DNA from: Alphaproteobacteria bacterium
GTDB lineage: Bacteria > Pseudomonadota > Alphaproteobacteria > Rhizobiales > Aestuariivirgaceae
Length of the DNA: 43,529 bases
Assembly (NCBI GenBank): GCA_024279045.1
Contig: JAJRRZ010000046.1
Coordinates: forward strand, 1 to 43,529
Reading direction: 5' to 3'
Below are positions 1 through 9,500 of this stretch, one piece after another; position 1 is the first letter of the stretch, and each line of letters starts with the position of its first letter. The position numbers were made by a program, and so were the translations under genes. A model generated the notes under the pieces. That model was not told the origin of the DNA and did not search any database. It saw nothing but the letters and a program-made list of their open reading frames with translations.

Positions 1-808
1 CATGATCAACCTCGGTGGCCCGGCTTTCGTTACGCGGCTGGTGGAAGAAACCGGGCGCAGCGTGCGTGATATTGCCACGGCTTTCGCGGTGGCGGTGGAG
101 CTGTTCGACCTGATGACCCTGGTGCACGCGGTGGAAATGCTCAACGCTCGCCTGAAGGGAGCGGATCAACTGCGCCTGCGCATCAACCTGCAACACGCGC
201 TGCGCCGCGCCTGCCTGTGGCTGCTGCGCCATGACGCACTGCAGGAGGATGTTGCCGCCCTGCTGCGGCGGTATCAGCCGGTCATTGGCTGGCTTGACGG
301 CGCGCTGGGCAAGGTGGCCACCACGCACGCGCGGCAACGGCTGCGCATCCGGCGGGAAGAGTTTCGCGGCATGGGGCTGCCGGAAAAGCTGGCGCGGCGG
401 TTGGCGCGCCTGCCTTATATGCTGCGTGGGCTGGATATTGCCCTGGCGCAGCGGCGGGTGGAGGGCGATCTGGCGCGGGTGGCGAAGGTGTATTTCCGCG
501 TCGGCCAAAAGCTGCGGCTGAGCGCGGTGATCATGGCGGCGCGGCGGTTGCAACTGGCCACCCACGATGAGCGGCTGGCGGCCACGCGGCTGGTGGACAG
601 GCTCACCACGCTGCATGTGCGGCTGACGGCGGCAGCCTGCGCCAGCGGGACGGAGGATGCCGGCGCGGCGGTGGATGAGTGGATGGATGCCCACGCCGTC
701 GCTTGGGCGCGGGTGCGGCCCATGCTGGAAGAGTTGCTGACGGGGGTGTTCTCACTGGCCAAGCTGGCACTGGCGACAAGTCTTTACGAAGAGCTGGCTG
801 CGGCGTGA
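1..808 (+). CDS. gdhB: NAD-specific glutamate dehydrogenase (large GdhB type), C-terminal part, truncated by window start
   Basis: Open from window start. MINLGGPAFVTRLVEETG...IATAFAVAVELFDL and the C-terminal helical region ending FSLAKLALATSLYEELA resemble the C-terminal domain of large bacterial GDH. Confidence 0.8.
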   Translation, partial: MINLGGPAFVTRLVEETGRSVRDIATAFAVAVELFDLMTLVHAVEMLNARLKGADQLRLRINLQHALRRACLWLLRHDALQEDVAALLRRYQPVIGWLDGALGKVATTHARQRLRIRREEFRGMGLPEKLARRLARLPYMLRGLDIALAQRRVEGDLARVAKVYFRVGQKLRLSAVIMAARRLQLATHDERLAATRLVDRLTTLHVRLTAAACASGTEDAGAAVDEWMDAHAVAWARVRPMLEELLTGVFSLAKLALATSLYEELAAA

Positions 809-829
809 ACGAAATTTTTCCTGAAGAAA

Positions 830-2100
830 AGTCGATCGTGAACAATCAGCCTTGATGCCTGCTTTATGGCGCTGGGGCAATGCAGCGGGCGGTTGGCAGC
901 CAATTCAGGAAGAGGCGCAAAAGAAGCTGGGCGAGGTAGCGAGCTAGCTGCCGGAAATTGCAGCCCACCGCAGCCAGTATGGCGTTGATGATATTATCGA
1001 GCCGGTGCGGCAAATAGTTGCGGCCCATGCGAGGCTCCGCTTGTCTGTGTCCGATCACCAACTCCACCGCCACCCGCCGTTTCATAAATCGCCTGACGGC
1101 CTTGGTCATGCATCGCTTCTGGCCTTCGACGAAGACCTTGAACTTCCACGGTAGCGGCAACTTGTGGCCGCAATATCCAGCGTCGGTCAGCACCCGCCGC
1201 AGCGGCGCTCCCACCAGTTCCTCGATGGCCGGCAGCAGCATGCGCAACGTATGTCCATCATGCGGCTTGCCGGGCAGCGCCATGACGTGCACCACGAACC
1301 GGCCACCTCGCGAGTGCTTGATGGTGGTGGCCCACGCCAAACCGCACCAGCGGTGCCGGCTGCATTTTTGCACCGCGGCATTGCTTGGCAGTCCTTTTGT
1401 CATCAAGGCCAGCTGTGGTTTCTGCTGCGGTCATGCTGCCTTGTAGCTCTTGCCCTTGCCTATGCATTCCACCTCCGGCGCATGCAGCGCGTGGACATGC
1501 CGTCCCTTGCCATCGCGGAGTTGCTACATCAACACCCGCTGCACCAGCCACAAGGGCCGCCGGAAGATGTTCTGCAGAGCCTTGTCGTCAGCAATCTGCT
1601 GCTCGATGTCCCTGATCACCCGCCCAAGCCATGTCTTCAGCCGCCGCAACTCCCTGCTGGCCCGCTTGAACTGTTTGACATGACGGTAGCGCTGTTATCT
1701 AGGTCTGGTCTCAATAAATGAGTGCTTTTCATGGGCATTTTGGCGAAATAGCAGCGGTTTTGCGTTCGCAGGCAATAGTGGAGCTATTGGCAAGAACGAA
1801 AAACCGTCTGATATGAAGCCAAAATGCACATGGGAAGTGCTCAGGTATCGAGTCCAGCCCCTAATCAACGCCTTCTTCCTCACCCGCACATAGCTCTGAC
1901 GCAGCGGCACTCCATGCTTCTTTGCCAGGTTCACCAGCCGCTCGCACGCCTTGTGTGCAAGCTTCGTATCCATGGGGTGGGCGATGTTCTTTTCCTGCAC
2001 CGCGGTGTTCACCACCACCTGCGTGAAGTCGCTCGGACACGCCGCGCCCAGCCGCATAACGCAGGCCAGACTCTCCTGCAGCAGCGCTTTCAGGTCCCTG
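830..2100 (-). pseudogene. IS5-family (IS5 subgroup) DDE transposase remnant, 5'-truncated, with stops and two insertions
   Basis: Minus-strand fragments: LKALLQESLA...VVVNTAVQEKNIAHPMDTKL...LRQSYVRV; QRYRHVKQFKRASRELRRLKTWLGRVIRDI; HALHAPEVECIGKGK; ALPGKPHDGHTL...TDAGYCGH...RRVAVELVIGH...RMGRNYL...INAILAAVGCNFR. In-frame TAA/TAG stops, first catalytic Asp appears as Asn, N-terminal domain missing. Possible terminal sequence near 830-845. Confidence 0.88.
1702..1861. mobile_element. Palindromic MITE, copy 1 (about 160 bp), TA duplication, inserted in the IS5 transposase
   Basis: TA at 1700-1701 and 1862-1863. Ends GGTCTGGTCTCAAT / ATCGAGTCCAGCCCC. Near-identical to the reverse complement of 27062-27222. 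Removing it rejoins ...KKALI-R*QRYRHVKQFKR in frame. Confidence 0.9.
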
Positions 2101-2238
2101 AAGACATTGAATGTAACTTGAACTTCTCACTGGACTTTCAATTGCATGCGGGCATATTCCTGTATTCCCATATTCTGATTCATGCCCGATCGCGGTCTTG
2201 CGTACGACCGCATCAATTGTCTTAATTTTTCACTTGCA

Positions 2239-2257
2239 AATGCGATTGATTTGCATT
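2239..2257. promoter_or_regulatory. Putative Fur/Mur-type operator upstream of the iron ABC operon
   Basis: Imperfect 19-bp palindrome AATGCGATTGATTTGCATT resembling the alphaproteobacterial Fur/Mur box, about 130 bp upstream of fbpA. Confidence 0.6.
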
Positions 2258-2387
2258 AGCAGGACAGGCCGTGGTCTGCCCGGTTGGCCAAGAGCGAGCA
2301 TTCGCCTGCCGAACTATCCGGACATGAGTGGAGATTATTTGCAGGCCATTACAGGTAATGGTCTCGAGAAATTCAGGAGACTTGGTA

Positions 2388-3443
2388 ATGATGATCATCG
2401 CGTTCAGACGCACCATTGCCGTTGTTATCGCGGTTTTTGGCATTAGCTCGCTGGTTATTGCCGGAGAGCATGGCAAGACGAAAGGCGGTGTAATGGTGAA
2501 TGTCTATTCCTACCGCCAACCGTTCCTGATCCGGCCGCTGATGGATGCCTTCACCAGAAAAACCGGCATCAAGGTAAATATCGTCTTTGCCAAGAAGGGC
2601 ATGCTGGAGCGTCTGCAGGCGGAGGGCGAGAATACGTCTGCGGACGTGGTGTTGACGGTGGACATTTCCCGCCTGAGCGCCCTGAAGAACGCCGGGCTGT
2701 TGCAGTCCGTGCAGTCGGACGTGCTGCACAAAAACATCCCCGCCCATCTGCGTGATGAGGACAACCAGTGGTTCGCTCTGACCACACGCGCGCGTCTGGT
2801 TGTGGCCCACAAGGACAAGGTGAAGGAGGGCGAGATCGCCAATTACGAAGACCTCACCGGCGACAAATGGAAAGGGCGCATCTGCACCAGATCCGGCAAG
2901 CACCCCTACAACGTGGCACTGTGGTCGTCCATCATCGCTCACAAGGGCAATGCGGAAGCGGAGAAGTTTCTTTCCGGGCTGAAGGCCAATCTGGCACGAA
3001 AACCGCAAGGAAACGATCGCGCCCAGGTCAAGGCGATCTTCGAGGGTGTATGCGATGTCGCCATCATCAATAGCTACTATCTGGGCAAGATGGCGACCAA
3101 CGATAAGAAGCCGGAGCAGAAGAAGTGGTATTCAGCACTGCGGGTGATCTTTCCCAATCAGGGCAATCGCGGCACTCACGTAAACATTTCAGGCGCCGGT
3201 GTTGTCAAGCACTCCAAGAACCGTGACAATGCGGTGAAGCTGTTGGAATATCTGGCCAGCGACGAGGCGCAGAAGATGTATGCCGAGGTCAACCACGAAT
3301 ACCCGATCAAGGCCGGGGTGAAGTGGTCTGATCTGGTGGCCTCGTGGGGTTCCTTCAAGATGGATACGCTACCCTTGTCGAAGGTGGCGGCAAATGCCAG
3401 GAAGGCAACGCAACTGGTAGACAAGGTGGGGTACGACCATTGA
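2388..3443 (+). CDS. fbpA: Fe(III) ABC transporter periplasmic binding protein (FutA/FbpA type)
   Basis: Signal peptide; VNVYSYRQ, ADVVLTVD, W(F)ALTTRAR, GRICTRSGKHPYN, LARKPQGNDRAQ, YY iron-ligand pair (NSYYLG), GTHVNISG. ATG 2388 follows AGGAGA. Confidence 0.93.
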   Translation: MMIIAFRRTIAVVIAVFGISSLVIAGEHGKTKGGVMVNVYSYRQPFLIRPLMDAFTRKTGIKVNIVFAKKGMLERLQAEGENTSADVVLTVDISRLSALKNAGLLQSVQSDVLHKNIPAHLRDEDNQWFALTTRARLVVAHKDKVKEGEIANYEDLTGDKWKGRICTRSGKHPYNVALWSSIIAHKGNAEAEKFLSGLKANLARKPQGNDRAQVKAIFEGVCDVAIINSYYLGKMATNDKKPEQKKWYSALRVIFPNQGNRGTHVNISGAGVVKHSKNRDNAVKLLEYLASDEAQKMYAEVNHEYPIKAGVKWSDLVASWGSFKMDTLPLSKVAANARKATQLVDKVGYDH

Positions 3444-5122
3444 GCCGAACAGGCATTTCCTCGCTGGAGCACACACTCCTTAGAAAGACTCGTGCTACCA
3501 ACCGTGGCGCCCATGCGCTGCGGCTGGTGGCATTTATGGTGGCGGGGCTGATATTGTTGCCATTGCTGGCCGTCGCCTGGAAGGCTGCGGCGCAATCCGA
3601 CGCGCTGGCGCATCTGGCCGCCACGGTGTTGCCGCGTTATGTCGGCAACACGCTGCTGCTGATGGCCGGTGTGGCGCTGGGCGTGGCCATGCTAGGCACC
3701 GGCGCGGCATGGCTGGTGAGTCGCTATCACTTCCCTTTCGTCGGCATAATGAGCTGGGCGCTAGCCCTGCCACTGGCGGTGCCGGGGTATCTGGCGGCAT
3801 TCGTCTACACCGACCTGCTGGAATACGCCGGGCCGGTGCAGGGTTTTCTGCGCGAGATGTTCGGCTGGCAAAGGCCCACTGATTACTGGTTTCCCGAAAT
3901 TCGTTCGCACAGCGGTGCGGTACTGATGTTCACCCTGACGTTGTATCCTTACGTCTATCTGTTGGCGCGAACCGCCTTTCAGGCGCAATCGGCACACCTG
4001 ATGGAAGCCGCGCGGTTGCTGGGACGCGGGCCTTGGCGGGCGTTCTTTTCTGTCGCTTTGCCGGTGGCCTGGCCGGCCATTGCCGCAGGCGTGGCGCTAG
4101 CGCTGATGGAAACACTTAATGACCTTGGCGTCGTGGCGTTCTTCGCCGTGCCGACGCTGACCGTCGGCGTATTCGATGTCTGGCTGAACATGAACGATGT
4201 AACCGGTGCGGTACAGATCGCCCTGTTGATGCTGGCCTTCGTACTGGTGCTGCTGGTGCTGGAGCGAACAGCACGGCGCAAGCGGCGCTTCGACGCCATG
4301 GGCCGCACAGGACGCCAGCTGCAACTGACCGGGGGGAAGGCCATACTGGCGCTGTTCGCCTGTCTGCTGCCGGTGGTTGCGGGCTTCGGCATCCCGATCA
4401 TCGTGCTGCTGGGCCATGCATCGCGCTTCTGGGAGGTATCGCTGCAACAGGGCCTGCTGACGCAACTGGGCAACTCATTGCTGGTGGCGAGCATCACGGC
4501 GCTGATTACTTCCGCGCTGGCGCTGCTGATGGTGTGGGCGGCGCGACTGGATGCTTCTCGCGCCGTCCGTGCCGCCGTGCGCCTGTCGGGCATGGGCTAT
4601 GCGGTGCCCGGCGCGGTGCTGGCCATTGGCCTGCTGTATCCGCTGGCGCAGGTGGACAACTGGGTGAACAGGCTGGCCGAACCGCTGCAACTGCCTGCGC
4701 CGGGTCTGCTGCTCAGCGGCACGGTGGTGGCGCTGATCTATGGCTACACGGTGCGTTTCATGGCTCTGTCGCTGGGCGCGGTGGAAAGCGGCATGGCGCG
4801 CATATCGCCGAACATGGAAGACGCCGCGCGCACCCTGGGGCTGCGTCCGGCACGGGTGCTACGCCGGGTACATCTGCCACTGCTGCGTAGTGCCGTGCTG
4901 ACCGGTGCGCTGATTGTCTTTGTCGATGTGATAAAGGAACTGCCCATCACCATGTTGCTGCGTCCGTTCAATTTCGAAACGCTGGCGACAATATCGTTCC
5001 AGTTCGCATCGGAGGAGATGTTCGAGGAAGCGGCATTACACGCGCTGGTCATCGTGCTGGTGGGCATGCTGCCGCTCATCCTGCTCAGCCGCACCATGCA
5101 GGAACAGGGAAACAAGCAATGA
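3440..5122 (+). CDS. fbpB: Fe(III) ABC transporter permease
   Basis: Two permease repeats with EAA motifs (LMEAARLLG, MEDAARTLG); LYPYVYLLAR, KELPITMLLRPFNFETLA. Start taken as TTG overlapping the fbpA stop (uncertain). Confidence 0.92.
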   Translation: MSRTGISSLEHTLLRKTRATNRGAHALRLVAFMVAGLILLPLLAVAWKAAAQSDALAHLAATVLPRYVGNTLLLMAGVALGVAMLGTGAAWLVSRYHFPFVGIMSWALALPLAVPGYLAAFVYTDLLEYAGPVQGFLREMFGWQRPTDYWFPEIRSHSGAVLMFTLTLYPYVYLLARTAFQAQSAHLMEAARLLGRGPWRAFFSVALPVAWPAIAAGVALALMETLNDLGVVAFFAVPTLTVGVFDVWLNMNDVTGAVQIALLMLAFVLVLLVLERTARRKRRFDAMGRTGRQLQLTGGKAILALFACLLPVVAGFGIPIIVLLGHASRFWEVSLQQGLLTQLGNSLLVASITALITSALALLMVWAARLDASRAVRAAVRLSGMGYAVPGAVLAIGLLYPLAQVDNWVNRLAEPLQLPAPGLLLSGTVVALIYGYTVRFMALSLGAVESGMARISPNMEDAARTLGLRPARVLRRVHLPLLRSAVLTGALIVFVDVIKELPITMLLRPFNFETLATISFQFASEEMFEEAALHALVIVLVGMLPLILLSRTMQEQGNKQ

Positions 5123-6240
5123 AAGGATTGGATGATTCAATAGCTCTCGTGGTGGCTTCGGTTTCCCATCAGTTTGCCGGCAACATGGTGCTGCGCGATA
5201 TCAGCTTTGCCATCAAGACAGGAACGGTTGCAGCGCTGTTGGGGCCTTCCGGTTGTGGCAAGACGACACTTTTGAGGCTGATTGCCGGACTGGAAACCAT
5301 CCAGCAAGGAAAGATAACACTATTTGGCATAGACGTGGCCGATGCGAAACGGGGCCTGAACATGGTGCCCGAATCACGTCGGGTGGGACTGGTTTTTCAG
5401 GACTTTGCTCTTTTTCCGCATCTGAATGTGCGTCAGAATATTCTGTTTGGGGTAAGCCCCGACAATACCGCACGCATTGCCTGGGTGGATGAGATGATGC
5501 GGCGCTTCGGCCTCGATCACCGCGCCAAGGCATATCCCCCTACCCTTTCGGGAGGTGAGCAACAGCGCGTTGCCTTGCTGCGCGCACTGGCTCCGGCGCC
5601 TGAGCTGGTGTTGCTGGATGAACCGTTTTCCAGCCTCGATGCCACCCGGCGGCTAGACATGCGCGAGGATACGCTGGCGCTGATTAGGGAAAGCGGCGCC
5701 AGCGCGGTAATGGTCACTCATGATGCCAACGAGGCAATGTTCATGGCCGATGACATTCTGGTGTTGAACGAGGGCCGCATCATCCAGCAGGGGCCGCCGG
5801 AGAGCATCTACAATGAACCGGCGGCGGCGTTCATCATGGGACTGTTCGGTCATGTAAACCGGTTTGAAGGCGTGGTGGATGCCAATGGGATGGTAGCAAC
5901 CGCGGTGGGGCTGGTAGCCGCAGGCAAGGGATCGGCCCCGGGGCAGCGGGTGGAGGTTTATATCAGGGCCAATGCCTTTGCACTGTCGGCAACGGCGAAA
6001 AAGGCGCCGCAGGCAAGGCGAGGAAGGTACGAGGAAATGCCCGCCTGCCGTGTGAAGGGAGAAATCATTGCGCGGTATTTCATGGGAGCTTCATACCATC
6101 TGCACGTGCGCCCGGCAGACAACCATGATCATGTACTGCACGTGCAGTTGCCGGTGGGCTCAACGCCCAAAGTAGGCGAAATGATCGAGCTGGAAGTCGA
6201 TGCGAAAGGAACGTTCGTTTTTCCGGTGGACCAGGAATGA
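5119..6240 (+). CDS. fbpC: Fe(III) ABC transporter ATP-binding protein
   Basis: Walker A GPSGCGKT, VFQDFALFPHL, LSGGEQQR, Walker B LLDEPFS, VTHD, C-terminal TOBE-like region; ATGA overlap with the permease. Confidence 0.92.
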   Translation: MKGLDDSIALVVASVSHQFAGNMVLRDISFAIKTGTVAALLGPSGCGKTTLLRLIAGLETIQQGKITLFGIDVADAKRGLNMVPESRRVGLVFQDFALFPHLNVRQNILFGVSPDNTARIAWVDEMMRRFGLDHRAKAYPPTLSGGEQQRVALLRALAPAPELVLLDEPFSSLDATRRLDMREDTLALIRESGASAVMVTHDANEAMFMADDILVLNEGRIIQQGPPESIYNEPAAAFIMGLFGHVNRFEGVVDANGMVATAVGLVAAGKGSAPGQRVEVYIRANAFALSATAKKAPQARRGRYEEMPACRVKGEIIARYFMGASYHLHVRPADNHDHVLHVQLPVGSTPKVGEMIELEVDAKGTFVFPVDQE

Positions 6241-6245
6241 AAGTA

Positions 6246-6317
6246 GGGTGTGGCCAAACCTCCGTGCCATCATTCTGATCCCATGATGAATGATCCGGGA
6301 CTGCCTGCGCCACACCC
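6246..6317. repeat. 72-bp element bounded by inverted repeats (MITE relic or hairpin)
   Basis: GGGTGTGGC (6246-6254, preceded by TA) and GCCACACCC (6309-6317); inner ATCATTC/GAATGAT pair. Confidence 0.45.
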
Positions 6318-6592
6318 ACCTTTTCACTACCTCACGTTTTTTCGGTAATATCTCGGCGTCGAGCCGGAAATGTGGATAATGATGTTATCGGTGATGCAAT
6401 CTGCCGCCGGGGACGGGAAGTTATTGTCAATGGCGAAGCTGTCACGATGGAGCGATGGCGACTCAGGACGCGGGCAATTTGGCTTGGCTACGCTCCTGGG
6501 GTGTTGTACTTCACGTTTGAGAGAGCCGATAGTTCGCATTCGATTTGGTATGCCGTGGAAATTCATGGAGCCTGCAGCTGAGCTTGGCCGGC

Positions 6593-9500
6593 TCATCCCG
6601 GCAATGCTGCCTCCAGCATCTCTTCCGGAAGCTTCAGCAACAACGGCCCCGCCGTGTAGATCAGCACGCCACGCACCGCCTTGTCCGGCCAGATTCGTGC
6701 TGCCGCATGGCGATACAGGGCCAGTTGCCGCACATGGCTATCCGGCACGTCCTGCACCCCCCGAGGCAGCGGGCGCGCCGTCTTGAAATCGGCAACGATG
6801 ACTTCCTGCTCGAGCACCGCCAACCGGTCGATCTGCCCACTCACCAGCATTCCGGCACCGTTTCCCGCACCCGGCAAGCGCGCCGCAAACGGCACTTCCG
6901 CGCGTGAATGCGGCCCGAACAGCGCCTGCGCCTCCGGCTCCGCCAGCACCCGCTCCACCTCCACCCACAATGCCTGCGCCCGGGTCTCGTCAAGCCCCTG
7001 CCCCGGCTGCATCAACCACTCCACTGCGAGCGGCGCCCGCCGCTCGGCTTCCACTTCCAGCAGATATTGCAGCAGCTTGTGTATGAACACCCCGCGCCGC
7101 AACGCATCGGGCAAGGTTTCATCACGCCTTTGCACCAGCTCCAGTGGCGACAGCACCGGCTCCGCCGCCCGCGCCCCTTCTCCCTTGCCGCCATCGCCCA
7201 ACCGCGATGGCGACAGCCATTCCGCAGGACCCGGCTCCTCCAGCGCGTCCTGCATGGCCCAGTCGGGCAGCGGTACAGGTTCGGCAGGTTGCGGCACCTG
7301 TTCGCATCGATACTCTTCCACCTCGCGCGGAAAACGCCAGACGGTGCGCCCATCTTCCAGAGGCACGGCAAACTCGTCCTTGCACAGCACGTCCGACAGC
7401 CACTCGTACCAACTGCGAATGCGCGGCTTGCTGGCCGATGCGCCGGAGCCACCCTCCCCGTCATCGGCGCCATTGCCACCCTTGCCATGACGGCTTTTCG
7501 CCCCACACACATACAACCTGTCTGCCGCACGGGTCATGGCCACATACAGCAGCCGGTTGTATTCTTCCTCCACGCCGCGCTTGTGCGCCTCCACCAGCTC
7601 CCGCACCATTGCCGGCCTGTCCGCGCCGCGCATGGGCCACAGTGGCAGTTGTGCCCCTGCCTGCCCCTGCGGCAAGGCCAGCTCGATCAGATCCAGATGC
7701 TTCTCCGTCGGCACGTCGGTGGTATCGGCCAGAAACACCACTGGCGCCTCCAGCCCTTTCGCGCCGTGCACCGTCATCACGGACACCGCACCAGCATCAT
7801 CCGCCGTACTCTCCGCGCCCTCGAGCTCGCGCTTGATCTCCGGCGCTTCGTGTTGCAGCCACTCCACGAAAGCGCTCAGCGACGCCGCCTCCTCGCGCTC
7901 GAAGCGCTGTGCCAGATCCAGCAGCGCCTCCAGCGGCTCAAGCGCCTCTTCCCCCAACCGCGCAACGAACCGCCGCACCCCTCCATCCCGCCACAGCACA
8001 TGCGCCAACAGCTCCCACGGCGGCACCTGCCCGGCCATTTTCCGCCACTGCCGCAGCCGCACCACCACCTGCCGCACCGGCGCGCCTGCCTCTGCCGCTG
8101 CCTGCAATTGTCGCCACAATGGCCGTTCCTCATGCACCTGCACGATGTTCTCCAGCGGCGCCGAAAAATCGAACAGCTCGCCACGCAAGCGCAACAGATC
8201 GTCGTCGTCGAACGGCGTGCCGTCATCCTTTTCCGCCAACGGGCTTTTCAACACCGCCGCCAGCGACAGATCATCCGCCGGCAACAGCAGAAATCGCACC
8301 AGCGCCAGCATGTCCTGCACCGCGATGTGATCGACCACCTTCAGCCGATCCACCCCCGCCACCGCAATGCCACGCTGCTTCAGCGCCGACACGATGGCAT
8401 CCATCAACGTGGTGCGGTTGCGCACCAGAATGAGAATGTCCTTCGGCTGGATGCGTCTTGGCCCATCCTGCCCTTGCCGTTCGTCTGGCGGCAATGCCTC
8501 GCCCTCGTCCAGCCAGCGGCGTATGGTATCGGCTATACGCGCCGCCAGCCGCAGCCGCGGGCGCATGTCTGCTTCCAGGGATACCGGCACCTGCCACAAC
8601 TGGCGCACCGCACGGGTCGTTTCGTCCTCTTCGCCACCATCCACCCCCGCGGCTTCATCATCCACATCATCCGCCTCGCCGCCTTCCTCCAGCGGCCACA
8701 GCTCCACGAATCCGCGCACATGCGGCCTGGCCGATTCATGCGGTGTCAGATCATCTTCCCCCAGCCGGAAACCGTCGAGGCCCAGCACTGTATCCACCAC
8801 CTCCAGGATTTCCTGCACCGTACGGAACGATACCCCCAACGGCACGGCATCGAACTCCAGCCCCGCCTGTGCATGACGCTCCCGGAAGAAATCGCGCACC
8901 TGATGGAACGCCTCTGGCGCAGCCCCCTGAAACGAATAGATCGACTGCTTCACATCCCCCACCGCGAACACCGTGCGCCGCCCGGCATGCGCCACCCGCC
9001 CGGGCCTTTCTGCCCCACTGCCGGCAGTGAACTCTTCCGTCAGCCGCAGCAGGATTTCCCATTGCTCCGGTGAAGTATCCTGCGCCTCGTCCAGCAGCAG
9101 ATGCTCGATGCCGCCATCCAGCCGGTAGAGCACCCACGCTCCCCTGTCTCCATCCAGCAACGCCAGCGTGCGCAAAATCAGGTCGTCATAGTCGAAACGG
9201 CCCTGCCGCGCCTTCTCCTGTTCGTAGAGATCGAGGATCGCCTGCCCCACCTGCAGCAGCGCCACGTTCGCCGCAAGCATCCGCCGCGCCAGCAACCCCT
9301 GGCGCAAGCGCCAGATCGCGTGCTCCTGCTGTTTCAGGACAGCCACGGCCTGCGGCGCGGCATCGCGCACCTTGCTGGTCAGCAGCCAGCGCCTTTCGTG
9401 TCGCAATTCGCCATCGGCCTTCAGGAACAGGCGCATGGCAATGTCAGCAGCCGCAGCGGCATCATTGGCTCGCAGCATTTCCCGCAAGGCCGCACAGGTC

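Noticed and set aside
864-1406. Functional transposase ORF
   Set aside because: Only a C-terminal fragment, and its N-terminus derives from inserted sequence; the upstream parts contain stops.
6327-6596. Small ORFs (69-89 aa) between fbpC and addA, or a trxA gene
   Set aside because: No WCGPC motif, no recognisable family and no clear RBS; left unannotated.
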